Assembly (NCBI GenBank): GCA_963743275.1 | Contig: CAVUPB010000002.1 | Coordinates: 168,863 to 232,862 of the forward strand | Length of the DNA stretch: 64,000 nt | Reading direction: 5' to 3' | Source: an uncultured Actinomycetes bacterium | GTDB taxonomy: Bacteria > Actinomycetota > Thermoleophilia > Gaiellales > JALYLC01 | Shown here: positions 45,673 to 54,707 of the stretch, piece after piece | How positions within the stretch are numbered: position 1 is the first letter of the stretch | How the letters are laid out: each line of letters begins with the position of its first letter | The notes under the pieces: generated by a model | Databases searched by the model: none | What the model was told of the DNA's origin: nothing | The model's input: the letters and a program-made list of their open reading frames with translations, nothing else | Made by a program: the position numbers and the translations under genes

Positions 45673-46458
45673 TCACTGCGTGGCCGTCAGGCCGCCGTCG
45701 AGCGTCAGCACCTGGCCCGTGACGAACGCGGAGGCGTCCGAGCAGAAGAACAGCACCGCACCGACCAGGTCGTCGGGGTCGGCGATCCGGTGCAGCGGGA
45801 TGCGCGCGACGAGGCGCTCGTAGAACGCCTCGTCGGCGAGCAGGCTCTCGGTCTGGGCGGTGCGGACGAAGGTGGGGGAGATCGCGTTGACCGTGATCCC
45901 GTGCCGCGCCCATTCGGTCGCGTGCTGGCGGGTGAGCGCGTTGATGGCGCCCTTGGCGGCCACGTACGCCGAATAGCCCAGATCGATGCCGAGCTGTCCG
46001 CGCACGGACGAGAGGTTGAGGATGCGGCCGCCGTTGCCGGCCGCGATCATGGCGCGCACCGCGGCCTGCGAGGGCAGGAGCGTGGTCCGCAGATTCAGGT
46101 CGACGATCCGGTCCCACTCGCGCTCGGGGTACTCCTCGGCGCGGTAGAGCGCCGAGCCCGCGCCGCCGCCGACGGCGTTGACGAGGATGTCCACCCGCCC
46201 GAAGCGCTCGACCGTCTCCGCCACCGCGCGGTCGGCGTCGGCCTTGGAGCCCATGTCGCCGGCGATCGGCAGCGCCTCGGATCCGGCTGCCTCGACGGCC
46301 TGCACCGCGGGGACGAGCCGGTCGGGCGCGCGTCCGACGATCGCGACCCGCGCGCCGACGCCGGCGAGCGCCGCGCACGAGCGCAGGCCGATCCCGCCCG
46401 AGCCTCCGGCGACGATGGCGACCCGGCCGTCCAGTCGAAACCGCTGCAACTCGTCCAT
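45673..46458 (-). CDS. SDR family oxidoreductase
   Basis: VAGGSGGIG, NAVG, S...YSAYVAAK catalytic motif, and GQVLTLDGG. Confidence 0.9.
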   Translation of the reverse strand: MDELQRFRLDGRVAIVAGGSGGIGLRSCAALAGVGARVAIVGRAPDRLVPAVQAVEAAGSEALPIAGDMGSKADADRAVAETVERFGRVDILVNAVGGGAGSALYRAEEYPEREWDRIVDLNLRTTLLPSQAAVRAMIAAGNGGRILNLSSVRGQLGIDLGYSAYVAAKGAINALTRQHATEWARHGITVNAISPTFVRTAQTESLLADEAFYERLVARIPLHRIADPDDLVGAVLFFCSDASAFVTGQVLTLDGGLTATQ

Positions 46459-46673
46459 TCCGCCCCCGATCCGTTGGCCGCCCGCGCAGTCCGCAGAGCC
46501 CGCGCGGACGAGTCTAGTCGTCGACGCGCCACCGTAGTCTGGGGGAAATGACTGCGCCGCAGGCGAGCGGGAAAGCCGAACCCGGGCGCGGTCATTCGCC
46601 GATGCCGGAGCGGGCGCGGAGCGTCATGCTCACCGTGCGAGTTCTCAGCGTCCCTCGAGCAGGAGGTGGAAAC

Positions 46674-46952
46674 ATGAGTACCGCACCGCTGCCGCTCAGC
46701 GCGGGAGGCCGCCCTGAGCACCTCACCCGCACGTGGTGGGGCTCCACGCAGATCTGGGCCGGGCTCTCGACCGTGTCGATGTGGCTCGCCGTCCTCTTCG
46801 TCGGCATCTTCGGCCCGGACTTCACGACGACCACGAACAACGCGTCGACCAACACGACCTCGACGACCATTCCCTCGGTCATCCCCGTCGCGATCTGCGC
46901 GCTGCTCGCCACGATCGCCGTCGCCCACGCTGCGTTCCGCCGGCCGGCGTAG
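46674..46952 (+). CDS. Small membrane protein with two TM helices and a Thr/Asn-rich loop
   Basis: AGGAGGTGG RBS 4 nt upstream of the ATG at 46674; TM helices WAGLSTVSMWLAVLFVGIF and VIPVAICALLATIAVAHAAF. An upstream in-frame ATG at 46548 is an alternative start. Confidence 0.55.
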   Translation: MSTAPLPLSAGGRPEHLTRTWWGSTQIWAGLSTVSMWLAVLFVGIFGPDFTTTTNNASTNTTSTTIPSVIPVAICALLATIAVAHAAFRRPA

Positions 46953-46972
46953 GACGCCGCCCACGCGCGCGG

Positions 46973-48613
46973 CTACGCCGTGCGCGTGGCGGCTGCGCGC
47001 TCGAGCCCGAGTTCGGCGACCGCGATCTCGCGCATGCGGAACTTCTGGACCTTCCCGGTGACGGTCATCGGGAACTCGTCCACGAGCTTCCAGTGCCGCG
47101 GGATCTTGAAGCGCGCGATCCGGCCCTGGCAGTGCGCGGCGAGATCCTCGACCGTGCACGCCGCGCCCGGGCGCAGCACGACCCAGGCCATGACCTCCTC
47201 GCCCAGCCGCTCGTCGGGGATGCCGATGACCTGCACGTCCTGGACGTCCGGGTGCCCGTAGAGATGCTCCTCGACCTCGCGCGGATAGACGTTCTCGCCG
47301 CCGCGGATGATCATGTCCTTGCTGCGCCCGACGATGTTCACGTAGCCGAGCTCGTCCATCGTGGCGAGATCGCCCGTGTGCATGAAGCCGTCGGCGTCGA
47401 TCACCTCGCGCGTGCGCTCGTCGTCGTTCCAGTAGCCGCGCATCACCGAATAGCCGCGCGTGCACAGCTCGCCCGTCTCGCCGCGCCCGGCAAGCGCACC
47501 CGTGGCCGGATCGACGAGCTTGATCTCGAGGTGCGGATGGACGCGGCCGACCGTGGAGACGCGCAGCTCGAGCGGGTCGTCGGGCGAGCTCTGCGTCGAG
47601 ACCGGGGAGGTCTCCGTCATGCCGTAACAGATGGTCACCTCGGCCATGCCCATCTCGCCGACCACGCGGCGCATGACTTCGACCGGGCATGGCGAGCCGG
47701 CCATGATGCCCGTGCGCAGCGACGAGAGGTCGTGCTCGGCGAACTGCGGATGGGCGAGCTCGGCGATGAACATCGTCGGCACGCCGTAGAGCGACGTGCA
47801 GCGCTCGGCCGAGATCGCGGCGAGCGTCGCGCCCGCGTCGAAGCCGGCGCTCGGGATGACCATGCAGGCCCCGTGCGTGGTCGCCCCGAGATTGCCCATG
47901 ACCATGCCGAAGCAGTGGTAGAACGGCACGGGGATGCAGATGCGGTCGAGCTCGCTGTAGCGGCAGCCCTCACCCACCAGGTACCCGTTGTTGAGGATGT
48001 TGCGGTGCGTGAGCACCGCGCCCTTCGGGAACCCGGTCGTGCCGCTCGTGTACTGGATGTTGATGGCGTCGTCGGGGTGCAGCTGCGCCGAGCGCTCGCG
48101 CAGGGCGCTCTCCGGCACGTCCCGGCCGCCGGCCACGAGCTCGTCCCAATCGCCGCTGTCGAGCCAGACCGTCCACTCGAGCGCCGGGATCTGCGCGCGC
48201 ACCTCGGCGAGCACCGCGGTGTAGTCGGTCCCGCGAAAGCCGCTTGCGGCCACCAGCGCCCGGCAGCCCGATTGCCGCAGCGCGTAGGCGACCTCCGAGG
48301 AGCCGTACGACGGGTTGAGGTTGACGAGGATCAGCCCGAGCTTCGCGCTCGCGTACTGCACGAGCGTCCACTCGAAGCAGTTGGGTGCCCAGATGCCGAG
48401 GCGGTCGCCGGCCGCGAGTCCGCGCGCGAGCAGGCCGCGCGCGAGCTCGTCGACGGCGGCGTCGAGCTCCGCGTAGGTGAAGCGGCGACCCTGCTCGCAG
48501 GACACGAGCGCCTCGCGCGTCGCGAAGCGCGCCGCCATGCGCTCGAGGTTCGCGCCGATCGTCTCGTCGAGGAGGGCGGGCTGCGAGGGTCCGCGGGTCT
48601 GGGCTGCGCTCAC
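46973..48613 (-). CDS. AMP-binding acyl-CoA synthetase (medium/long-chain fatty acid-CoA ligase type)
   Basis: [39 protein letters not shown] and TVTGKVQKF. Confidence 0.9.
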   Translation of the reverse strand: MSAAQTRGPSQPALLDETIGANLERMAARFATREALVSCEQGRRFTYAELDAAVDELARGLLARGLAAGDRLGIWAPNCFEWTLVQYASAKLGLILVNLNPSYGSSEVAYALRQSGCRALVAASGFRGTDYTAVLAEVRAQIPALEWTVWLDSGDWDELVAGGRDVPESALRERSAQLHPDDAINIQYTSGTTGFPKGAVLTHRNILNNGYLVGEGCRYSELDRICIPVPFYHCFGMVMGNLGATTHGACMVIPSAGFDAGATLAAISAERCTSLYGVPTMFIAELAHPQFAEHDLSSLRTGIMAGSPCPVEVMRRVVGEMGMAEVTICYGMTETSPVSTQSSPDDPLELRVSTVGRVHPHLEIKLVDPATGALAGRGETGELCTRGYSVMRGYWNDDERTREVIDADGFMHTGDLATMDELGYVNIVGRSKDMIIRGGENVYPREVEEHLYGHPDVQDVQVIGIPDERLGEEVMAWVVLRPGAACTVEDLAAHCQGRIARFKIPRHWKLVDEFPMTVTGKVQKFRMREIAVAELGLERAAATRTA

Positions 48614-48619
48614 GGGGAG

Positions 48620-48625
48620 ATCGTA
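48620..48625 (-). promoter_or_regulatory. Putative -10 hexamer TACGAT positioned for a leaderless transcript of the acyl-CoA synthetase gene
   Basis: The minus strand reads TACGAT-ctcccc-GTG, with no RBS. Confidence 0.35.
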
Positions 48626-48705
48626 GTGCCGCGCAGCCCGTAGACGCGCTCAGTCTGTGAGCACGTCGTAGAGTTGGCCGCGCATGACGAAGCCACCCGG
48701 GCACC

Positions 48706-49722
48706 GTGCGCGCGCTTGAGATCGCCGGAGACCGGTCGCTCGCCGTCGTCGAGCGCCCGTCGCCCGAGCCGGGGCCCGGCCAGGTCGCGATCGACATCGC
48801 CTTCTGCGGCATCTGCGGCTCGGATCTGCACTTCCGCGACGTGCCGGCGCTCTTCCCGGCGGGCACGGTGCCGGGGCACGAGATGTCGGGCGCGATCACC
48901 GCGATCGGCGACGGCGTGGCGGGCTGGAGCATCGGCGATCGCGTGTCCGTGCTGCCCTTCGCCCAGTGCGGGGAGTGCGCCGCCTGTCGCGCCGGCGCCG
49001 AGCAGGTCTGCGCCACCGCCGTCGCGAACGGCGTGGGGCTCGGCACGGGCCGCCCGGGCGGCTACGCCGAGCGCGTCGTCGTCGACGCGCCGATGCTCTT
49101 CGCGCTGCCGGACGCCATCGGCGACGAGGCGGGCACGCTCGTCGAGCCGACAGCGGTCGCCGTGCACGCGCTCACGCGCGCGCGCCCGCTCCCGGGCGAG
49201 CGCGTCGCGGTCATCGGCGCCGGGACGATCGGCCTGCTGACGGCGCTCGTCGCGCGCGAGCAGGGCGCCGACGTCGTGCTCGTGTCCCGCAATCCCGGCC
49301 GTGCACGTGCGGCCGAGCGGCTCGGCCTGCGGACGCTGGCACCGGACGAGGCGGCCGCCGCGCTGGCCGCCGCGCCGCCCGCAGCCGTCATGGAGTGCGC
49401 GGGCACGGGGTCCGCCGCAGCGCTCGCGCTCGAGCTCGTCGCGCCGCTCGGCCGCGTCGTCGCCGTCGGCATCGCGCCCGAGCCGTTCACGTTCGACCCG
49501 ATGCCGTTCATCTTCAAGGAGGTCGACATCCGCGGCGCGATCATCTACCGCCGCGACGACTTCGGCGCCGCGATCGCACTGCTCGCGGCGGGGCGCATTC
49601 CGAGCGCCGAGCTGATCAGCGACCGCGTCGGCTTCGAGCGCGCCGAGGAGACGTTCCGGGCGCTGCTCGCACCGGGAAACCAGCGCATCAAGGTGCTGCT
49701 GGATCCCGCGCTCGGCGCCTGA
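48706..49722 (+). CDS. Zinc-dependent medium-chain alcohol dehydrogenase
   Basis: CGICGSD, GHEMSG, CGECAACRAG and GAGTIGLL. GTG start. Confidence 0.85.
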   Translation: MRALEIAGDRSLAVVERPSPEPGPGQVAIDIAFCGICGSDLHFRDVPALFPAGTVPGHEMSGAITAIGDGVAGWSIGDRVSVLPFAQCGECAACRAGAEQVCATAVANGVGLGTGRPGGYAERVVVDAPMLFALPDAIGDEAGTLVEPTAVAVHALTRARPLPGERVAVIGAGTIGLLTALVAREQGADVVLVSRNPGRARAAERLGLRTLAPDEAAAALAAAPPAAVMECAGTGSAAALALELVAPLGRVVAVGIAPEPFTFDPMPFIFKEVDIRGAIIYRRDDFGAAIALLAAGRIPSAELISDRVGFERAEETFRALLAPGNQRIKVLLDPALGA

Positions 49723-49762
49723 GCTCCGTTTCGGGAGCCGGCCCGGCGGGTACGCGAGGCGG

Positions 49763-50878
49763 ATGATCACGCAGCTCTCTCCGAGCGCGATCGAGGAGGC
49801 CCCGCTCGCGGCCCCGCCGGATCGCGAGCCGGCCGGCCGGCGCCGGGTCACGGTCGACGTCAGCGGATCCGCCGTCGCCAAGATCGTGGCCGGCCTGCTC
49901 GCGCTGGCCTTCATCGGCGACCTCGCGGGCCGGATGCGCGACATCTTCATATGGACGCTCGCCGCGCTGTTCCTGGCGATCGCGCTCAACCCGCTCGTCG
50001 AGCGGCTCGAGCCGCGCATCGGCCGGCGGCCCGCCGCCACGGTCGTCTTCCTCGGGTTCGCGATCGGCTTCGTCGCGATCTTCGCCGCGCTCGTCGCCCC
50101 GTTCGTGACGCAGGTCGACCAGCTCTCGACGGGGCTCCCGCAGGCGATCTCCGCCGCGAAGAAGAACAGCACGATCAAGCGCCTCGACAACCGCTTCCAC
50201 CTCGCGAACCAGGCCAAGAAGCACCTCGACGTCCTGCCGACCGTCGTGTTCGGAGCCGCGGGCACCGTGCTCGGGGGCGCCGTCGCCGTCTCGACCGTCT
50301 TCTTCCTGACCCTCTTCCTGCTCTACGAGCTGCCCGGCATCGGGCGCGTCATCCTCGGCCAGATACCACCGAAACGCCGGCCGCGGGTCGTGGCCGCGGC
50401 GCAGCACATGAACCGCACGATCGGGGGCTACGTCGCCGGGAACCTCGTGATCTCGCTGATCTGCGGCGCCGTCACGACGCTCTCGCTGTACCTGCTCGAC
50501 GTCCCGTACTCGCTCGCCCTGGGCGTCTTCATGGCCGTCTTCGACCTGATCCCGCTCGTCGGGGCCACGATCGGCTCGGTGGTCGTGATCGCGTCGGGGT
50601 TCATCTTCGTCGACGTGCGCGCCGGCGTGATCCTGTTCGTGATCGTGAACGTCTACCAGCAGGTCGAGAACCACATCCTGCAGCCGCTCGTGTACGGGCG
50701 CACGGTGCAGATCCCCTCGCTCACGGTGCTGATCGCCGTGCTCTGCGGCGGCGCGGCGCTCGGCCTGATCGGCGCGCTGCTCGCGATTCCGATCGCCGCC
50801 ACGATCCAGGCCGTCGCGAGCGAGCTGCTCGAGGAGCGGGCGGAGCGATTGGAGGGGGCGCCGAGCGCCGCCACCTGA
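49763..50878 (+). CDS. AI-2E family transporter (PerM/UPF0118)
   Basis: Multi-TM protein with FDLIPLVGATIG and QQVENHILQPLVYG motifs. Confidence 0.85.
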   Translation: MITQLSPSAIEEAPLAAPPDREPAGRRRVTVDVSGSAVAKIVAGLLALAFIGDLAGRMRDIFIWTLAALFLAIALNPLVERLEPRIGRRPAATVVFLGFAIGFVAIFAALVAPFVTQVDQLSTGLPQAISAAKKNSTIKRLDNRFHLANQAKKHLDVLPTVVFGAAGTVLGGAVAVSTVFFLTLFLLYELPGIGRVILGQIPPKRRPRVVAAAQHMNRTIGGYVAGNLVISLICGAVTTLSLYLLDVPYSLALGVFMAVFDLIPLVGATIGSVVVIASGFIFVDVRAGVILFVIVNVYQQVENHILQPLVYGRTVQIPSLTVLIAVLCGGAALGLIGALLAIPIAATIQAVASELLEERAERLEGAPSAAT

Positions 50879-50885
50879 GCGAGGC

Positions 50886-51473
50886 TCAGCCGGTCATCGC
50901 GTAGCGGAGCGTGCCGGACGCCGGTGCGAGATCGATGCCGCCGCCGGGCCCCTGCGTCATCTCGCGCGCCGCGGCGACCGAGAAGGCGAACCAGGTCGCC
51001 TTGCCGAGGGTGCGGCGTGGGATGGAGAACGTCAGGCTCGCGCCGCGCGTGGCGATCTTGAAGCGCGCGATCTGGCGCGACTCGACGGGAATCCCAGGGC
51101 CCCCCTGCTTCACCATGAGGCCGGTCGCGGACGGGCCGTGCGTGCCCAGGGCGAAGTTCGCGCCGGGCCACTCACCGCCGGGTAGGAGCGGTCGCGGCCC
51201 GAGCGGCGGGACGTCGATGCTGATCAGCAGCATGTCGACCCCGCCGGCGCGGGTTGGGGCGCGCAGCGGGGGAGCGGTCGCGAACCTGACCTGGAACGTG
51301 ACCGCCGACCTGGTGTTGGAGATCCGCAGCGCGACGAGGTCGGGGCCCGCTCCGCCCTTGACGTCGCCGCTGCGGTCGGGATACGTCCTGGCCGCGAACG
51401 CCGCCCCGGAGCCGAGCGACAGGGCAGCGAGCACCGCTGTGCCCACGAGTGCGCTTCGCCAGATCGCCATCAT
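50886..51473 (-). CDS. Secreted hypothetical protein
   Basis: Signal peptide MMAIWRSALVGTAVLAALSLGSGAAFA and a GC3-biased ORF. No known domain recognised. Confidence 0.6.
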   Translation of the reverse strand: MMAIWRSALVGTAVLAALSLGSGAAFAARTYPDRSGDVKGGAGPDLVALRISNTRSAVTFQVRFATAPPLRAPTRAGGVDMLLISIDVPPLGPRPLLPGGEWPGANFALGTHGPSATGLMVKQGGPGIPVESRQIARFKIATRGASLTFSIPRRTLGKATWFAFSVAAAREMTQGPGGGIDLAPASGTLRYAMTG

Positions 51474-51572
51474 CCCACCGCTTTCGCCGTTGTCGCAGGC
51501 ATCGTGCGCGGCGGCCGGCGACGGGTCATCGGGGTCGGCACGCGAGCGGGCTGCGCGCTTCCCGCAGTCCGC

Positions 51573-52040
51573 CTAGATCTCCCCGTCCCAGTAGCCGACG
51601 TCGTCGCTCAGCCGCAGGCGCTTGCCGGGCCAGGGCCACACCCCGACCTTGCCGCTGTCGGGGTAGACGGAGATGCTGAGCTCGTTCGCGGGCTGCGTCG
51701 AGAACATCACGATGCGGGCGACGGCGCCGGAGCGATTCGCCAGCTTGTGGCCGCCGGCGGGACCCGCGACGAAGCAGACGAGGTCGCCCGGCGCGAGCTC
51801 GTGCTCGCCCTCGGGGTCGCGCAGGGTCGGCGTCCCGCTCAGGACGAGCAGCCACTCCTCCTCGACGCCCTCGTAGTGGTACGGGAAGAGGCTCTCGCCG
51901 GGGTCGATCTCGTAGACCGAGCCTCCCAGCCGCGCTGCGCCGATGGCCTCGCCGAACGAGGCCATGCGCTTGCGGTAGCCGGGCGGGTCGGAGGCGCTGC
52001 CCTCGACCGGCAGCGTGGTGAGGTTGACCGGCTCCGTCAT
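51573..52040 (-). CDS. Cupin domain protein
   Basis: PYHYEGVEEEWLLVLSG...GDLVCFVAGPAGGHK. ATGA overlap with the upstream cupin gene. Confidence 0.7.
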   Translation of the reverse strand: MTEPVNLTTLPVEGSASDPPGYRKRMASFGEAIGAARLGGSVYEIDPGESLFPYHYEGVEEEWLLVLSGTPTLRDPEGEHELAPGDLVCFVAGPAGGHKLANRSGAVARIVMFSTQPANELSISVYPDSGKVGVWPWPGKRLRLSDDVGYWDGEI

Positions 52041-52456
52041 CGGCCCTCCGGCCCACCCGTGCCGCGGAACGTCCTGCCCGAGGGACGCAGCTCGATCGTG
52101 CCCTCGCCCGGGTACTCGACGACATCGAGATCGCGGTTCTCGGACACGATCAGGACCGTGCCCGGGCCGGAGACCTGGTGGGCGCCCGCGGGCCCGGCCG
52201 GGCAGCACAGCACGTCGCCCTGCGCGAGCACGCGCTCGCCGTCCGGCGTGCGCACGCGCGGCGCGCCGGCCACGACGATCAGCCACTCCTCGGCGCCGTG
52301 GTGGAAGTGGTAGGGCGGGCCCTGCTCGCCCTCGGCGAGCGCGTAGAGGCGCGCGCCGATCTGCTCGGCGCCGACGGCCTCGGCGACGGGCTGTCCGCCG
52401 CCGGCGCCGGCCGTCGCGCGGCCGGGAGCGGGCGCGAGGACGTTGAATCTGCGCAC
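52037..52456 (-). CDS. Cupin domain protein (tandem paralog)
   Basis: PYHFHHGAEEWLIVVAG...GDVLCCPAGPAGAHQ. GTG start. Confidence 0.65.
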   Translation of the reverse strand: MRRFNVLAPAPGRATAGAGGGQPVAEAVGAEQIGARLYALAEGEQGPPYHFHHGAEEWLIVVAGAPRVRTPDGERVLAQGDVLCCPAGPAGAHQVSGPGTVLIVSENRDLDVVEYPGEGTIELRPSGRTFRGTGGPEGR

Positions 52457-52591
52457 CGCGGCATCGTGCCAGGTCTGCAGCGACGTTCACGGGAACGTCA
52501 CCGAAGCTTTACCACCGGCGCGCACGCGCGCGCCGACGCGCGCCTAGTCTCGGGTACGACCGGCTCGCACGCCTCCACGGGAGGACGTCGC

Positions 52592-53182
52592 ATGTCGCAG
52601 GCGAATGCTGCACGGCAGATGGCCAGGGTGCTCGGAACGCCCACGCGCGACGAGCGGGCGGCACGGCGCGATGCCGTGCCCGACCGCGTCATCGTCGTCC
52701 TCGGATACCACGAGCTCGGCGACGACGGCTCGCACGGGATCAGCCGGATCTGCCGCGCCGCCGTCCGCCGCGCCGAGGCGCTCGCGGCGGAGGTCCCGCC
52801 GCGCGCCGTGATCTTCACCGGCTGGTCGTCGACCGGCGGGCCGCCCGAGGCGGAGCAGATGGCCCGGCAGTGGGACGGGCGGCGCGACGTTCCCCTGCTG
52901 TGCGAGCCGCGCGCGGTCAACACCGCCGAGAACGCCGTCCGCTCGCTCGAGCTCGTGCGCACGATCGAGGGGGCCTCGGAGGTCGTGCTCGTGTGCTCGA
53001 TCCGCCACTTCCCGCGCGTGCGCTTCCTGTTCGACCGGCTCTACCGCAGGCATGGCTACGCCACGCGCTATCGCTACGTCCTGCGGCCGCTCCCGTCGCT
53101 GCGGCTCGTCGCCCACGAGCTGAGCTCGCTCACGCGGATGGTGCGGGACCGGCGGCGCGCGCTCCGGCTGCTCGACGAGTGA
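52592..53182 (+). CDS. DUF218 (YdcF/ElyC/SanA-like) domain protein
   Basis: VIVVLGY..., IFTGWSS...EAEQM and NTAENA...VLVCSIRHFPR. GGGAGG RBS. Confidence 0.75.
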   Translation: MSQANAARQMARVLGTPTRDERAARRDAVPDRVIVVLGYHELGDDGSHGISRICRAAVRRAEALAAEVPPRAVIFTGWSSTGGPPEAEQMARQWDGRRDVPLLCEPRAVNTAENAVRSLELVRTIEGASEVVLVCSIRHFPRVRFLFDRLYRRHGYATRYRYVLRPLPSLRLVAHELSSLTRMVRDRRRALRLLDE

Positions 53183-53251
53183 CCTGCCGGGCGGAGGCGC
53201 CCGGCAGGGGCTACGCTGCCTCGCCTGGCAGGCGATGACAACTCCGTTGCG

Positions 53252-54652
53252 ATGGGTCTGCTGTTCTATCCCCGCGGTGGGTCCGCGCTCGTGGCCGCGT
53301 ACCTGTCGCGCGCGCTGAACGCCGAGGGCTGGCACGTGACGCTCGCGTGCGGGTCGCTCGGCCCGCCCGGCGCGCTCGGGAACGCCGAGCGGTTCTTCGA
53401 CGGCATCGACACCGTCGCCGCCCGCTACGACGACGCGGTGGCGCGCTGGGAGCGCGGCGAGGACCCGATGGACGCCCCGTTCCCGATGCAGCCGTCGTAC
53501 GAGCAGCGGCCGGGCGTCCCCGACCGCTCGTTCCCGCGCGTCTCGCCCGCGCAGGGCGAGCGGATCGTCGCGGCCTGGGCGCGGCTGATCGGCGCATCGG
53601 CCGAGCTGCGGCGCGCGCGGATCTTCCACCTCCATCACCTCACGCCGATCCACGACGCCGCAGCCGCGGTGCTGCCGGGCATTCCCGTCGTGACCCACCT
53701 GCACGGCACCGAGCTCAAGATGCTCGACAAGATCGAGCGCGGCGAGGCGGGCGACGGCCAGGGCGCCCACGCGGCCTGGTGGGCCGCGCGCATGCGCGCG
53801 GCGGCGCACCGCGCGGCCGCGACCATCGTCATCTCCCCGCATCAGCGCGACGAGGCGGTGCGCTTGCTCGGCCTGGCGCCCGCGAGCGTGCACCTGATAC
53901 CCGACGGCGTCGACAACCGGCGCTTCGCGGTGCGCCGCGCGCGCGCCGGCGAGCGCCGGGCGCGCTGGCTCGAATGGCTCGTGCACGACCCGCAGGGCTG
54001 GGACGAGGCGAGCTGCAGGCCCGGCAGCGTCCGCTACGGCGAGGACGAGGTGTGCGCCGCGTTCGCGGACGAGCGCACGGGGGAGCCGCTCCCGGTCCTG
54101 ATCTACGTCGGGCGCTTCCTCGGGTTCAAGCGCGTGCCGCTGCTCGTGCGCGCCTATGCCCGGGCACGCGCCCGCATGTCCGTGCCGGCGCCGCTCGTGA
54201 TCTGGGGCGGGGCGCCCGGGGAGTGGGAGGGGGAGCACCCGCACACCGTCGCCGTGCGCGCCGGCGTCGAGGGCGTCTTCTTCGCCGGCTGGCGCGGGCA
54301 CGACGACCTCCCGCTCGGCCTCGCCGGCGCGGATTGCTTCGTCGCCCCCTCGACGGACGAGCCGTTCGGCCTCGTCTACCTCGAGGCGATGGCCTGCGGC
54401 CTGCCGGTGATCGGCACGCGCAGCGGTGGCCCGCCGAGCTTCGTCAACGTCGTGCCGGGCGAGCCCGACGGCTGGCTCGTCCCGCCCGACGACGAGGCCG
54501 CACTCGCCCTGGCGATCGCCCAGGCGATCGACGACCCCGCCGAGCGCAGGCGGCGCGGCGAGCTCGCAGCCCGGCACGTGCGCGAGAGCTACTCCTGGCA
54601 CGGCCTCGCGGGCCGCTTCACGCAGCTCTACGAACAGGTCGCCGCGGCCTGA
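53252..54652 (+). CDS. Glycosyltransferase family 4 (GT-B fold)
   Basis: N-terminal GG.. loop (FYPRGGSA) and C-terminal EPFGLVYLEAMACGLPVIGTRSGGP (E-X7-E region). Confidence 0.85.
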   Translation: MGLLFYPRGGSALVAAYLSRALNAEGWHVTLACGSLGPPGALGNAERFFDGIDTVAARYDDAVARWERGEDPMDAPFPMQPSYEQRPGVPDRSFPRVSPAQGERIVAAWARLIGASAELRRARIFHLHHLTPIHDAAAAVLPGIPVVTHLHGTELKMLDKIERGEAGDGQGAHAAWWAARMRAAAHRAAATIVISPHQRDEAVRLLGLAPASVHLIPDGVDNRRFAVRRARAGERRARWLEWLVHDPQGWDEASCRPGSVRYGEDEVCAAFADERTGEPLPVLIYVGRFLGFKRVPLLVRAYARARARMSVPAPLVIWGGAPGEWEGEHPHTVAVRAGVEGVFFAGWRGHDDLPLGLAGADCFVAPSTDEPFGLVYLEAMACGLPVIGTRSGGPPSFVNVVPGEPDGWLVPPDDEAALALAIAQAIDDPAERRRRGELAARHVRESYSWHGLAGRFTQLYEQVAAA

Positions 54653-54707
54653 TCGGCCGGCGAACGGCCCCTCGTATGGGGCTGCGACACGCCGTATCAT
54701 CGGCCGC

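Noticed and set aside
46501-46545. GGACGAG-containing segment resembling the start of guanidine (mini-ykkC/ykkC-III) riboswitches upstream of a small membrane protein
   Set aside because: I could not reproduce the expected hairpin pair with ACGR loops or the pseudoknot pairing. This cannot be confirmed without a covariance-model scan.
51573-52456. Tandem cupin genes, plus a third cupin at 42922, as a special system
   Set aside because: Small cupins are abundant and functionally diverse. Beyond the ATGA coupling, nothing distinguishes the pair.
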